This document shows positions 43,899 to 54,050 of a stretch of 60,839 bases of DNA, piece after piece. The notes below the pieces were generated by a model that was not told the origin of the DNA, ran no database searches, and worked only from the letters and a program-made list of their open reading frames with translations. The first letter of the stretch is position 1, and the number at the start of each line of letters is the position of its first letter. The position numbers and the translations under genes are program-made. The stretch is taken from NCBI GenBank assembly GCA_022750375.1, contig JAKIVU010000007.1, positions 1-60,839 on the forward strand. Direction: 5' to 3'. Source of the DNA: Thermoplasmata archaeon (lineage in GTDB: Archaea; Thermoplasmatota; Thermoplasmata; Lutacidiplasmatales; UBA184).

Positions 43899-46800
43899 CG
43901 TGCCTCCACGACCGGTGCGGAGTTGGTGGGTGCCCGCGCGCCCTCGCGGCTCTCCACATCGTGAATGTCGTCCAGATGGATCCCGATCACGCGCGAGCAA
44001 CCATCGCCGTGCATCGTGACGCCGTAGAGGTGGCTCGCGAACTTGAGGGTCACCTTGCGCAGCGAGATGACGATGAACTGCGCCCGCTCCGCGTTGTGGC
44101 GGAGCATGCGCCCGACGTACTCCGCGTTGAGCCCGTCCAGCGACATGTCGACCTCGTCGAACACGTAGAGCGGGCTCGGATCGTACCGCTGCAGCGAGAA
44201 GATGAACGCTAGGCTGGCGAGGGACTTCTCCCCGCCGGAGAGCTGCTCGAGCCGCGTCACAGTCTTTCCGACGGGCCGCGCTTTGATCAGCAGTCCGCCG
44301 GCGAGTGGGTCCGCCGGATTCTCAAGGGCAATCTCGCCCTCGCCGCCCGCGGAGAGTTCGCCGTAGATCTCCCGGTAGTTCGCATTGACCTTGACGACGA
44401 CCTCGTTGATCTTCTCGCGCTTCTTCTTCTCGATCTCGTGGACGAGGCCGACCATCTCGGTCTTTTCCGAGGTCAGTCGAAGCACCTCTCCGCCGAACTC
44501 ATCGAGCCGTCCCTTCTCGACGTCGTAATCTTCCACCGCGCGTAGGTTGACGTCCCCGAGGGCGGCGAGCTGTTGCTCGAGGGTCGTGATCTTCCGCTTG
44601 AGCTCGTCGATGGACATCGGTTTCTCGTCCGGCTCCGGCTCAGGGAACTGCTTCAGGGCCTCCTCGAGCTCGTGGAATTTCGTCTCGGCGACCGCGAGCC
44701 GTGTCTCCTCCTGGGTGAGCATCGAGCGCCGGGTCTCGAGGTTCGCCTGAGCCTCGCCCAGTTTGCGGGTCAGGGTGAGCCGTTCTTCTTCGAACGTCCG
44801 CTTCTTCTCGCCCTGCGCCTTCTGCGCGTCGCTCTGCTTCGACTCCACCGCCTTGAGCGCGTCCAACGCCTCTTTGGCGCCGACGACCGATTTCTCGGTC
44901 TGGACGATCTCCTTCTTCTTGGCGGCGATCGATGCCCGAGACTCGTCGAGTTCCTTCTTCCGACCGTCGAGGTTAGTGAGGAGCGCCGCGAGCGACGCAC
45001 GGACCGACTCGAGCTCGCCGTTGACCTGGACCCGCTCTTCGGACGTCTTTTGCGATGCCTCTTGGAGGGAGCGGAGCTTGGCGCCGAGCGCCTCGGGGAG
45101 TTGACCGAGGTACTGTTCCTGCGCTTTCGCGATGGAGGCCTTGAGCGCAGCAATTTCCTCGCCGAGCTTTCGAACCGTATCCTCGGCCCGGACGAACGCC
45201 GTCTCGGCCTTCTTCTGTTCTGCGGCGGCGGCGGCGATCCGTTCCCGAGCCGCCTCGAGGCGGGAGCGGGCGGCAGTGAGGTCCTTCTCCAGGATCTGCC
45301 GGGACGACTGGTGGGACTGGTCCTGGATCGACCGGGTGGCCAGTTCCTCACTCACGACGCGGATCCGATCCGCCGCCTTGGCGAGGCCGGCCCGCGCCGC
45401 GGAATCCGCGGCGCTCTTCTCTCGTAATTCCTCCCCGAGCCGTTTCAGCTCTACGGCGCTGTCGGCCCCGCGGCCCTGGGCTGTCGGGTCGAGGTAACCA
45501 CCGGAGATCGCTCCCGTCGCCTCAATGAGGTCGCCGGTGAGCGTCACCAGTCGTACGCCACCCATTTGCGATCGAGCGTGAGGAAGGTCGTCCATCACGA
45601 CCGTCTCCCCGAAGACGTACCAGAAGGCGGGACGGAGCGTCTCTTCGAACTTCACGAGGTCGAGGGCGTAGCCTGTGGCCCCCGCGGCCTTCGCTACCAG
45701 CAGGGATTTTCCGTGGGGGCGGCCGGCCAGCATCTTGTTGAGCGGGAGGAAAGTCGCGCGGCCGCGCTTCTCGTCCCGAAGCAGCCGGATGCATTCCTCC
45801 GCGACCTGGTCCGTTTCGACGACGAGCGCTTGGAAGCGGTTTCCGCCGGCGACCTGCAACGCCGTCTTGAGCTTGGGGTCGAAGTCGGCGAGTTCCTCGA
45901 CCGTACCGCGGATCCCGGGGATCTTTCCGAGGTTGCGTTGCGAGAGGAGGAAGTCGACCGCGGCGAGTTGATTGGGTCGGGCGCCGGATTCCGTCCGTGC
46001 CTTCAGTCGAGCGTCGAGCGTGAGGTAGCGACGGTTGATCTCGCCGACCTCTCGCGTGAGACGGTCCGACTCGGCCGTGAGGTTCTTCTCTTGATTCTTG
46101 AGGGTGAAGAGCTCCTTCTGAAGGTCACCGGTCGCGGGGCCTCCGGACCCCTTTGCGGGCCCGGTCTCCTTGATCCGCAGCTCCAGGTCCTTGACCTCGA
46201 CCTCGCGTTCCCGCAGGTCGTCCTCCGCCTGGGCTTGGGTACGTTCCGCGGACTCGCGCGCAGCGTTCGACCCCTCGCGTTCCTGGATTCCCGCCTGCCA
46301 GGCCTTCTGCTTGGATTCGTGTTGTCGTTCGAGTTCGAGTTGCAACTTCCGGGCGCTCGCGATCTTCTCTCCCGGTTTCCCTGGACTCCCCGTCGCGGCC
46401 TGCATGTCGTGCGTGTCTGCCTCGGCACGTTGGGCCAGGGCGGCCAACCGGCCGGCGAGCGTCGTCTCCTGCTTCTGAAGGCCCGTTCGCTGGGTCTCGT
46501 CCCGCTGCACCGTCGTCGCCAGTTCTTCGGTCTGGGCGCCCAGCGTCTCGAGGGCCTCGCGCAAATGTCCCAAGCTCTGGTCGAGCCGGGCGAACGCCAT
46601 TCGTTTCTCGTCCAGCTCCTGCTTGAATTTCACCGCGGCCGCCCCCCCGACCTCCGCGATCTCCCGGTCCACCGCGTCGATGGAACGGGTGAGCTCTTCC
46701 TGTCGGGCCGAGAGCTCCGTGCGCGCCGTCTCGAGACGGGCGATCTCTTCGCGAACGGTCTCCGCCTGTTTGCGGCAGGTCACGAGCTCCTGCTCGGCCA

Positions 46801-47524
46801 TTCGGTGGCCCGCGCGCGCGAGTCGGGCCTGCGAGCGTCGCTGGTCCTCCTGGACTTGCTTGTACTGTATCGCTTGAAGACGCTGGCCTTCGAGGGATGC
46901 CAGCCGCCCTTTGATCTCGCCCAGCAGGGTCTGGATCCGTTCGAGGTTCTGGTCGAGGTCGGCGCGCTTCGTTTCCGCGTGCTCGAGCTCGTCGTCGTAT
47001 TGGCTGATCCCGGCGAGACGTTCGAGCAGCCCCCGCCGCGGCACCGGTCCCATCGTGACGATCTTGTTGACGTCGCCCTGCTGAACCAGGTTGTAGCCAT
47101 CGCCGGACAAGCGTCCGTGCGAGAGGATGGAATCGATTTCCGTCTGCGTGGTTCGCTTCCCGTTGACGTAGAAGTACGAGTAGTACCCGTCGGGGTTGCT
47201 CGGGGCGAGCTTGACGTACCGCGTGACTTCGACCTCGGCGGAGTCGCACGGCAGCGACTTGTCCGCGTTGTCGAAGACGAGCGACACCTCGCATTCTGTC
47301 GCCGCCTTCTTGGACGAACCGCCATTGAAGAACAGGTGGGTGAGGCGCTCGGCTCGGAGCGCCTTCGAGCTGGTCGGGCCGAGGACGAAGAGGATCGCAT
47401 CGGAGATGTTCGACTTGCCCATCCCGTTGGGGCCGGCGACCCCCGTGAAACCGGGCTGGAAGGGGATCTCCGTCGCCCCCGCGAACGACTTGAAATTCCG
47501 AACCTTGATTCGTTTGAGATACAT
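43895..47524 (-). CDS. smc: Chromosome segregation protein SMC
   Basis: NFKSF, GPNGMGKSN, QQGDV, coiled coils, hinge GRATFLPL, LSGGEKSL, FDEVD. Confidence 0.98.
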   Translation of the reverse strand: MYLKRIKVRNFKSFAGATEIPFQPGFTGVAGPNGMGKSNISDAILFVLGPTSSKALRAERLTHLFFNGGSSKKAATECEVSLVFDNADKSLPCDSAEVEVTRYVKLAPSNPDGYYSYFYVNGKRTTQTEIDSILSHGRLSGDGYNLVQQGDVNKIVTMGPVPRRGLLERLAGISQYDDELEHAETKRADLDQNLERIQTLLGEIKGRLASLEGQRLQAIQYKQVQEDQRRSQARLARAGHRMAEQELVTCRKQAETVREEIARLETARTELSARQEELTRSIDAVDREIAEVGGAAAVKFKQELDEKRMAFARLDQSLGHLREALETLGAQTEELATTVQRDETQRTGLQKQETTLAGRLAALAQRAEADTHDMQAATGSPGKPGEKIASARKLQLELERQHESKQKAWQAGIQEREGSNAARESAERTQAQAEDDLREREVEVKDLELRIKETGPAKGSGGPATGDLQKELFTLKNQEKNLTAESDRLTREVGEINRRYLTLDARLKARTESGARPNQLAAVDFLLSQRNLGKIPGIRGTVEELADFDPKLKTALQVAGGNRFQALVVETDQVAEECIRLLRDEKRGRATFLPLNKMLAGRPHGKSLLVAKAAGATGYALDLVKFEETLRPAFWYVFGETVVMDDLPHARSQMGGVRLVTLTGDLIEATGAISGGYLDPTAQGRGADSAVELKRLGEELREKSAADSAARAGLAKAADRIRVVSEELATRSIQDQSHQSSRQILEKDLTAARSRLEAARERIAAAAAEQKKAETAFVRAEDTVRKLGEEIAALKASIAKAQEQYLGQLPEALGAKLRSLQEASQKTSEERVQVNGELESVRASLAALLTNLDGRKKELDESRASIAAKKKEIVQTEKSVVGAKEALDALKAVESKQSDAQKAQGEKKRTFEEERLTLTRKLGEAQANLETRRSMLTQEETRLAVAETKFHELEEALKQFPEPEPDEKPMSIDELKRKITTLEQQLAALGDVNLRAVEDYDVEKGRLDEFGGEVLRLTSEKTEMVGLVHEIEKKKREKINEVVVKVNANYREIYGELSAGGEGEIALENPADPLAGGLLIKARPVGKTVTRLEQLSGGEKSLASLAFIFSLQRYDPSPLYVFDEVDMSLDGLNAEYVGRMLRHNAERAQFIVISLRKVTLKFASHLYGVTMHGDGCSRVIGIHLDDIHDVESREGARAPTNSAPVVEAR

Positions 47525-47583
47525 CGAGCGACCCCCCTCACCGGGTTCCGATTTGCGACGTCCGTCGCCGACGGCCACCTGTT

Positions 47584-47650
47584 TGTCAGACAGTCGTCAG
47601 CAGCTCTTCCCGAGCACTGTCAGACCTATTTAACACAATTGTTGGTCAGG
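47584..47650. promoter_or_regulatory. smc promoter: TATA (TTAAATA on minus, 47627..47633) flanked by repeated GTCAG motifs
   Basis: TGTCAGAC occurs at 47584 and 47618, GTCAG at 47596 and 47645, and the palindrome ACAATTGT at 47635..47642. Confidence 0.5.
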
Positions 47651-47702
47651 TACTGTCGCGCAGCCGCGGGAGCCGTCTGGACCCCCGGACTCGATGTGAG
47701 GA

Positions 47703-48233
47703 CTAGGGCGGAGGTCGCGCTGTCCAGGTCATCTCGATCACCTGCTCCCCCGCCGTGTGCGGGAGCGGGGAGGACTTGCCTGTCCGACGGAATCCGCGTG
47801 ATTCATAGAGGTGGACCGCGGCAACTTGGCCCGGGTTCACATCGAGTTGCACCGTTCGTCCTCGGTGCGACTCACTTATCCACGTCAGGGCGGCGTCGAG
47901 CAGCTGACCGCCGATGCCCTCGACGCGGCGACCCGGATCGACCCACATTGCAAAGAGATGGAAGGTCCCTTCCAGGTCGGCTACGCCCGTCATGCCAACG
48001 AATCTGCCCCGAGGATCCACCGCGACCCACGTCGCGGACGACAGGGACTCTGTGCCCCGTGTGATCCGTTCCTTCCACAGTTCGGGGGGGAACGCTTCTT
48101 CCCGCTCGAGGGTGGAGCCGAACGCAAGAGGGTCCGTTCCGAGCGCACGGAGTCGCACCGCCCGATACGCCTCCCACTCAGCCTGGCGGACAGAGCGGAC
48201 CACGATTTCCCTGGTCCGCGAACTTCCTGTCAT
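47703..48233 (-). CDS. GNAT-family N-acetyltransferase
   Basis: YRAVRLRAL...P.AF, MWVDP..R..GIG..L, A..LYE..GF. Confidence 0.9.
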   Translation of the reverse strand: MTGSSRTREIVVRSVRQAEWEAYRAVRLRALGTDPLAFGSTLEREEAFPPELWKERITRGTESLSSATWVAVDPRGRFVGMTGVADLEGTFHLFAMWVDPGRRVEGIGGQLLDAALTWISESHRGRTVQLDVNPGQVAAVHLYESRGFRRTGKSSPLPHTAGEQVIEMTWTARPPP

Positions 48234-48334
48234 CTAGGCGCGCGGAAACATCGGTCCCAAGATAACCCCGAAGGGCGACAAGGCACGCGAACGATCGATG
48301 CCATCCGGGTCCGCTTCGGACGGGTCCGGAAGAA

Positions 48335-48350
48335 CGAATCGGCCGATTCG
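48335..48350. repeat. Perfect 16-bp palindrome CGAATCGGCCGATTCG
   Basis: Seen directly in the GNAT/nitroreductase divergent intergenic region. Confidence 0.75.
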
Positions 48351-48477
48351 CCGCGAGCTCCGTGCGCAAACCCTTTTATTCGGGACGCCCCTCGCAAGTA
48401 CGAATGCGTCGCCGTACGTCCGACGGGTAGGCCGGCTTTGGCCCCCCGCAACTAACGATTTTTCGTGGTCTGACCTC

Positions 48478-49014
48478 ATGGATGTCCTCGACGCGATCCG
48501 CGCCTACCGCCCGTGCGTGCAGTACCAGTCCCGGCCCGTTCCCTCCGAGAAGCTGAAGAATATCCTGGCCGCCGCCCGGCTGGCTCCCAGCCAGCGGAAT
48601 ATGCAGCCGTGGCGGTTCGTCGTCGTTCAGGACGACGAGCGGAAGCGGCTCCTGGCCCAAGCGTCGAACCGCGGGAAGCTCATCGCGGAGGCTCCGGCGG
48701 TGATCGTCGCGTTCTCCGTAGAGGAGGACATCCCGGTGACGATCGGCGGCTACATCTCCGCCTACCCCCTGGATGTCGCCGTCGCCGTCGACCACCTCCA
48801 GCTCGCCGCGACCGCCGAGGGCCTCGGCAGCATCTGGATCATTGAGTTCAACGAGGAGAAAGTGCGCACCGTGCTGCACGTCCCCGAAGGGATCCACCCG
48901 ATCGGGATCATCCCGATCGGCTATCCGGCGGAGACGAACGGCTCGGCGAAGCCGCCCGACGACGGAAGGAAGAGCCCGGACGAGATCATCGCGTACAACG
49001 AGTACCCCTGGTAA
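48478..49014 (+). CDS. Nitroreductase-family protein
   Basis: MDVLDAI..R, AARLAPS..NMQPWRFVVV, LAATAEGLGSIWI, IPIGYP. Confidence 0.92.
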   Translation: MDVLDAIRAYRPCVQYQSRPVPSEKLKNILAAARLAPSQRNMQPWRFVVVQDDERKRLLAQASNRGKLIAEAPAVIVAFSVEEDIPVTIGGYISAYPLDVAVAVDHLQLAATAEGLGSIWIIEFNEEKVRTVLHVPEGIHPIGIIPIGYPAETNGSAKPPDDGRKSPDEIIAYNEYPW

Positions 49015-49024
49015 CGGGGGCGAC

Positions 49025-49627
49025 GTGATCGACGTCACCTTCGTCAGCACCAATCGCGGCAAGTACCGCGAGATTCGCGAGGTGCTCCTACCGTACGGAG
49101 TCCGGGTCCACTGGAAGCGACGCACGCTCCCGGAGCCCCAGGCCGACGACCTCGAGGAGGTGATGAACGCCAAGCTCGACGCCGTGCGTGACATTCCGGG
49201 CTACGTCCTCGTAGAGGACTCGGGCCTGTTCATCCCCGCCCTCCGCGACTTTCCGGGCGTCTACTCGGCCCATTTCCTCAGAATCTGGAAGTTCACCCCG
49301 ATCTTCCGACTGCTGAAGGGCCGCCGACGTTCCGCCAGCTTCCGTACCGTCGCGGGGTTGCAGAACGGCCCACGCCGCTGGGCGTTCCGGGGGGAAGTCC
49401 ACGGGAAGATCGCTCCGCGCGCTGCCGGGCGAGGAGGTTTCGGTTACGACCCGATCTTCATTCCGGACGGCTGGGACAAGACGTTTGCCGAAGGTACGCC
49501 CGACGAGAAGAATGCGATCTCCCATCGTGCGCGAGCGGTCCGACGGGTGGGAGAGCAGCTTGCGGGCCGCGGGAGCCGGCTCGAGTCGTCCAATTCCGTC
49601 GTGCGGAGAAAGGGGCGCCGGGCTTAA
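49025..49627 (+). CDS. rdgB: Non-canonical purine NTP pyrophosphatase (RdgB/HAM1)
   Basis: STNRGK..E, VEDSGL, FPGVYS, GFGYDPIF, KNAISHR. Confidence 0.94.
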   Translation: MIDVTFVSTNRGKYREIREVLLPYGVRVHWKRRTLPEPQADDLEEVMNAKLDAVRDIPGYVLVEDSGLFIPALRDFPGVYSAHFLRIWKFTPIFRLLKGRRRSASFRTVAGLQNGPRRWAFRGEVHGKIAPRAAGRGGFGYDPIFIPDGWDKTFAEGTPDEKNAISHRARAVRRVGEQLAGRGSRLESSNSVVRRKGRRA

Positions 49628-49653
49628 CCCGCGATTCGTGCATACGGGAACCC

Positions 49654-50835
49654 GTGACCGTCGACGCTGTCACCGAGTCCCCCATCCTCTCCCTGATCGA
49701 CGAGATCTTCCGTCTCCGTCAGGCGGGGGTGTCCGTTCTCGGACTCCATATCGGAGAACCGGATTTTGACACCCCCGTGGGGATACGCGACGCGGCGTAT
49801 CGCGCCATGAACGAGGGGTTCACCCACTACGTGTCCGCCCAAGGGATGCCGGAGCTCCGGAGTGCGATCGCCACCCGTCTCCAGACGCGCAACCACATTC
49901 CTACCTCACCGGACGACGTGGTCGTGATGTCGGCCAAATTCGCCATCTACGCCACCCTGCTGTCCACCGTGGGTGCGGGCGATGAGGTGCTCCTGCCGGA
50001 TCCGACCTATCTGTTCGAGCAGCCCGTGCAGCTCGCGGGCGCTCGGCCAGTCTATGTGCCGCTGCGTTCCGATTTTTCACTGGACGCGGAGGCGTTGCGT
50101 GCCGCCGTGACCCCCCGTTCGAAGCTCCTTATCCTCGTCTCGCCCGCGAATCCGACCGGACGAGTGCTTCGGCGCGAGGAAGTGAGAGCCGCCCTCGAGA
50201 TCGCTCGTGACCACCGACTGACGGTCGTGAGCGACGAGACGTACGAGTCGTTGATCTACGACGGGACCCACGTGAGCCCGGGGAGCATGGCCGCTCCCGA
50301 GGTTCCCGTGGTGACGGTCGGCAGCTTCTCGAAGCTCTACGCGATGACGGGGTGGAGGGCGGGCTACGCCGCGGCGCCGCCCGAGATCCGGGCGCGGCTC
50401 GTGAAAGTAATGGAGCACACGCTCACCTGCGTACCGCCGTTCGTGCAGAAGGCGTGCGTCTGGGCCCTGGAACACGCCGCCCCCGACGAGGAGCGCTTTC
50501 GGGCCGCCTTCCGCGAGCGACGGGACCACCTACTCCAACGCCTCGCGAGGATCGAGGGGCTCACGACGGTCCGTCCCGAGGGCGCGTTCTACGTGTTTCC
50601 TCGATACGACCTCGCGGAGTCGTCGCTCTCCTTCTGCTCGCAACTGCTGAGCGAGGAGAAGCTCGCGCTGGTCCCGGGGGTTGCGTTCGGCCCTCACGGA
50701 GAGCGGCACCTCCGGATCTCATACACTTCGTCTATCGAGACCCTGGACGAGGGGATGGACCGGCTCGAACGGTACCTCGTTCGGCACCGCTCCGAGGCCC
50801 CCTCGATGGGTCGCGCCGCCGCCCGCCCGTTTTAG
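49654..50835 (+). CDS. PLP-dependent aminotransferase class I/II
   Basis: GEPDF, PANPTG, SDETY, SFSKLYAMTGWRAG, PEGAFY, VPG..FG. Confidence 0.95.
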   Translation: MTVDAVTESPILSLIDEIFRLRQAGVSVLGLHIGEPDFDTPVGIRDAAYRAMNEGFTHYVSAQGMPELRSAIATRLQTRNHIPTSPDDVVVMSAKFAIYATLLSTVGAGDEVLLPDPTYLFEQPVQLAGARPVYVPLRSDFSLDAEALRAAVTPRSKLLILVSPANPTGRVLRREEVRAALEIARDHRLTVVSDETYESLIYDGTHVSPGSMAAPEVPVVTVGSFSKLYAMTGWRAGYAAAPPEIRARLVKVMEHTLTCVPPFVQKACVWALEHAAPDEERFRAAFRERRDHLLQRLARIEGLTTVRPEGAFYVFPRYDLAESSLSFCSQLLSEEKLALVPGVAFGPHGERHLRISYTSSIETLDEGMDRLERYLVRHRSEAPSMGRAAARPF

Positions 50836-50858
50836 TACCCCGAGGGGTTCGCGGGCGC

Positions 50859-51518
50859 ATGCCGACCGCTCGTCACGTGCACGACCTGACCGCGCTGCTC
50901 CAGACGTACATGCCGGTGTGGCCGTCCGCCCCTCTCCCAACCTTCGAGCCCGCGGGCATCGTCTCGCGGGACGGCTACTCGATCGAGCGGGTGAACTGCA
51001 CGACGCACACGGGGACGCACATGGACGCGCCGTACCACTTTCTCGAGGACGGGTTGACCGTCGACCGGATCCCCCCCTCCCAGTTGGTCGGCTCCGCGAT
51101 CGTGCTCGACGTGCGCGCCGAGGTCAACGGGACGACCATCTCGGCGAAGTCGCTGGAGAAGGTTTGGCCCAAGCGGAAACATCCGGATTTCGTTCTCCTC
51201 CGCACGGATTGGAGCCACAAGCGCGCTCCGACGAAGGAGTACCTCTACGACTTCCCGGGTCTCGAACCGAAGGCGGCCGAATGGCTGGTCGGCCAGTCGG
51301 TTCAGGGAGTCGGGACGGACACGCTCGGGATCGACCCGTACTCCAACTCGAAGTTCGAGGCCCACAAGGTCCTCCTTAGAAAGGGGATCTGGATCCTCGA
51401 GGCGCTGGACCATCTCGATGAACTGACGTCAGGGGAAGAGTACACGCTGGTCGCGGCTCCTTTGAAGATCGCTGGTGCGAGCGGCGCGATGGCGCGAGTC
51501 TTCGCGATCGAGGGTTAG
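50859..51518 (+). CDS. Cyclase-family metal hydrolase (kynurenine formamidase-like)
   Basis: THTGTHMDAPYH, LLRTDW, GTDT, H..LL..G..I.E.L, PLKI. Confidence 0.92.
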   Translation: MPTARHVHDLTALLQTYMPVWPSAPLPTFEPAGIVSRDGYSIERVNCTTHTGTHMDAPYHFLEDGLTVDRIPPSQLVGSAIVLDVRAEVNGTTISAKSLEKVWPKRKHPDFVLLRTDWSHKRAPTKEYLYDFPGLEPKAAEWLVGQSVQGVGTDTLGIDPYSNSKFEAHKVLLRKGIWILEALDHLDELTSGEEYTLVAAPLKIAGASGAMARVFAIEG

Positions 51519-51526
51519 GAGCGACC

Positions 51527-52321
51527 GTGCCCATCGGGTCGGGACTCCAGGGCGCCCGCGTCCTCGTGACGGCATCCAGCCAGGGGATCGGATACGGCGC
51601 CGCGGAAGCGTTCCTTGGCGAAGGGGCACGAGTGGTGGTCAACTCCTCGAATGCCGGCCGACTCGAGGCCGCCGTGAAACGTCTCGCTCGACTCGGAGAG
51701 GTGCACGGCGTCGTCGCGGACCTCACTCGACCGGCCGACTTGGACCGCCTTCTCACCGAGACGGTCACCCACTTGGGGGGCGTTGACACGCTCGTCTACG
51801 TCACCGGTTCCCCGCACCCGGGTCTCTTCATGGAGCAGGGATTCGAGGATTGGGAGCGCGCGGCGAGCCTGCTCGTGGTGAGCCCCGCCTACCTCGCGCG
51901 CCGGAGCGCCGAAGCGATGCTCCGCGGCAGCACGGGGGGCCGGATGGTCTTCCTCACCTCCGTCGCGATCCGGGAGCCGATCCCGAACCTCGCCACTTCG
52001 AGCGTCTGTCGGATCGCGGTCACCGGACTGGTGAAGACGCTCTCCCGCGAGCTGGGTCCGAAGGGGATTCGCGTGAACGGGGTCCTTCCCGGGTACATCC
52101 GCACCGCGAGGATCGACGAGGTCGCCGAGGACACGGCGCGTCGTCGGGGAATCACCCCCGACGAGGTGGTCCGGGGGATCGAGCGCGATATCCCGCTCGG
52201 GCGGATCGGTTCGCCGGAGGAGCTCGCGCGGGCGATCATTTTTCTCGGCAGCGACCTCTCGAGCTACGTGACGGGGGCGATGCTCCCCGTCGACGGCGGG
52301 CTCCTGCGTTCGGTGGGCTAG
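51527..52321 (+). CDS. SDR-family oxidoreductase (atypical; catalytic Tyr position reads SSVCR)
   Basis: TASSQGIG, GIRVNGVLPGYIRT, IPLGRIG.PEE, VTGAMLPVDGG. Confidence 0.9.
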   Translation: MPIGSGLQGARVLVTASSQGIGYGAAEAFLGEGARVVVNSSNAGRLEAAVKRLARLGEVHGVVADLTRPADLDRLLTETVTHLGGVDTLVYVTGSPHPGLFMEQGFEDWERAASLLVVSPAYLARRSAEAMLRGSTGGRMVFLTSVAIREPIPNLATSSVCRIAVTGLVKTLSRELGPKGIRVNGVLPGYIRTARIDEVAEDTARRRGITPDEVVRGIERDIPLGRIGSPEELARAIIFLGSDLSSYVTGAMLPVDGGLLRSVG

Positions 52322-52327
52322 GCCGGA

Positions 52328-52684
52328 TCACTCCCGGTCCGGGCGGACCGCTTCGTGAAGGAACTCCTCGCGACGTGGAGTGAACACATCCAGCACCACC
52401 GTGGACGCGTTCGGGTCCGAGCGCAGCTCGTGCGGCACGTTCGGGGGAACGGTGTACGCCGACCCCGGCCGCAACGTCCATGTCTGGTCCCCGACCTGGA
52501 ACTGACCGCCGCCCTCGAGCACCGTCCCCGATTGGACATGGGGGTGCGTGTGCAGGGCGAAGCGGCTCCCCGGCGCGATACGGTAGAGCACCATCATCAC
52601 GCCGAGGTCGTGCGCCAGGATTCGGCGTTGAACTCCCGGCTGAATCTCGTGCCAGGCGTCGGGCTTGTCTTCCCACAATGGCAT
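52328..52684 (-). CDS. Cupin-domain protein
   Basis: HTHPHVQ..TVLEG, VPPNVPH, VLDVFTPRRE. Confidence 0.9.
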   Translation of the reverse strand: MPLWEDKPDAWHEIQPGVQRRILAHDLGVMMVLYRIAPGSRFALHTHPHVQSGTVLEGGGQFQVGDQTWTLRPGSAYTVPPNVPHELRSDPNASTVVLDVFTPRREEFLHEAVRPDRE

Positions 52685-52730
52685 GCCGCGACCACACCCG
52701 CTCGGTATTTCTCGATGCCGGGAGGCGCGG

Positions 52731-53870
52731 CTATTGCAGAGCTTGCCGGAGGTCCGCGACCAGGTCGGAGGCGTCCTCGACCCCCACACTGAACCGCAAC
52801 AGTCCGTCCCGTATTCCTTGCTGCTCGCGGAGTTCCTTCGGCACGGAGCGGTGGGTCATCAGCGCCGGCACGTTCACGAGCGACTCGACTCCGCCGAGGC
52901 TCTCGGCCAGGGTGAATACTTTGAGGCGACGGACGACCCGCTTCGCCACGGCGAGCCCCCCGCGCACCTCTGCGGAGACCATCCCGCCGAAATCGTCCAT
53001 CTGTCGGCGCGCCACGTCGTAACCAGGGTGACCCGGCAATCCCGGGTACAGGGTACGGAGGATCCGAGGATGCTTCGAGAGAAACCCGGCGACCTTCCGG
53101 GCGTTGGCGCAGTGCGCCCGGACCCGCAGGCCCATCGTGTGGATGCCGCGGAGCACGAGGAAACAGTCGAGCGGTCCGGGGACGCCCCCCTGGGTGTTCT
53201 GGTACCAGCGGTACTTTTCGAGCAACGGTTTCGACCGGAACACGAGGGCCCCGCCGATCAGGTCGCTGTGGCCGCCCAGGTACTTCGTCGTCGAGTGCAC
53301 GACCACGTCCGCGCCGAGCTCGAGGGGACGCTGGAGAACCGGCGAAGCGAACGTATTGTCCACGGCGACCCGAGTCCGGCGGGACCGGGCGAGCGCGATC
53401 GCCCCGCGGAGATCCGTCACCTTCAGAAGGGGGTTGGTCGGAGTTTCCAGGTAGAGCAGGTCAGTCTTCGGCGTGGATTCCAACGCCGCCCGTACGTTGG
53501 CGAGGTCGCTGGTGTCGATGAAGTCGACCCGGACGCCATGAGTTCGCGCCACCTGAAGCAGTCGCCAGGTGCCGGCGTAGAGGTCGTCCCCCGCGACGAT
53601 CCGGCTGCCGTTCGGGTAGGCCATGAGGAGAGCCGACGTGGCGGCAAGGCCGGAACCGAACGCGAGACTTCCGACGCCGCCCTCCAGACGACCGAGCACC
53701 CTCTCGAGCGCGGCGCGCGTCGGGTTCCCTGTTCGCGAATAGACGTACCCTTTCGCCTGGCCGGGGGCCGTCTCCGCGAACGTCGACGTGAGATAGACCG
53801 GCACATTCACCGCTCCCGTCAGAGGGTCGGGGGCCTGTCCGTCGTGGATCAGTCGGGTGTCCCAGTTCAT
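52731..53870 (-). CDS. Cystathionine gamma-lyase/synthase (Cys/Met PLP transsulfuration enzyme)
   Basis: YSRTGNPT, ETPTNP, VDNTF, HSTTKYLGGHSD, ESLGGVESL, LLRFSVGVE. Confidence 0.94.
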   Translation of the reverse strand: MNWDTRLIHDGQAPDPLTGAVNVPVYLTSTFAETAPGQAKGYVYSRTGNPTRAALERVLGRLEGGVGSLAFGSGLAATSALLMAYPNGSRIVAGDDLYAGTWRLLQVARTHGVRVDFIDTSDLANVRAALESTPKTDLLYLETPTNPLLKVTDLRGAIALARSRRTRVAVDNTFASPVLQRPLELGADVVVHSTTKYLGGHSDLIGGALVFRSKPLLEKYRWYQNTQGGVPGPLDCFLVLRGIHTMGLRVRAHCANARKVAGFLSKHPRILRTLYPGLPGHPGYDVARRQMDDFGGMVSAEVRGGLAVAKRVVRRLKVFTLAESLGGVESLVNVPALMTHRSVPKELREQQGIRDGLLRFSVGVEDASDLVADLRQALQ

Positions 53871-54050
53871 GAGCCTACAACCCGGAGGTCCTACCGGGGT
53901 CATCAATCATTCGTGTCCGGGCCCGTCGACCCCGGACCCACGCCGAGACGGTGAACCCCCCACGTCGATGGTATTAATAGCCTGGAGAAAGTCGCGTGTC
54001 AGGGCCTAGCTCGCTACGGTGAGACGGGCACCGGACCGGGGGAACTAACG

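Noticed and set aside
48230-48451. 73-aa ORF (or a 25-aa leader peptide) coupled to the GNAT start by ATGA
   Set aside because: Composition is unremarkable, there are no motifs, and it crosses the probable divergent promoter; likely chance.
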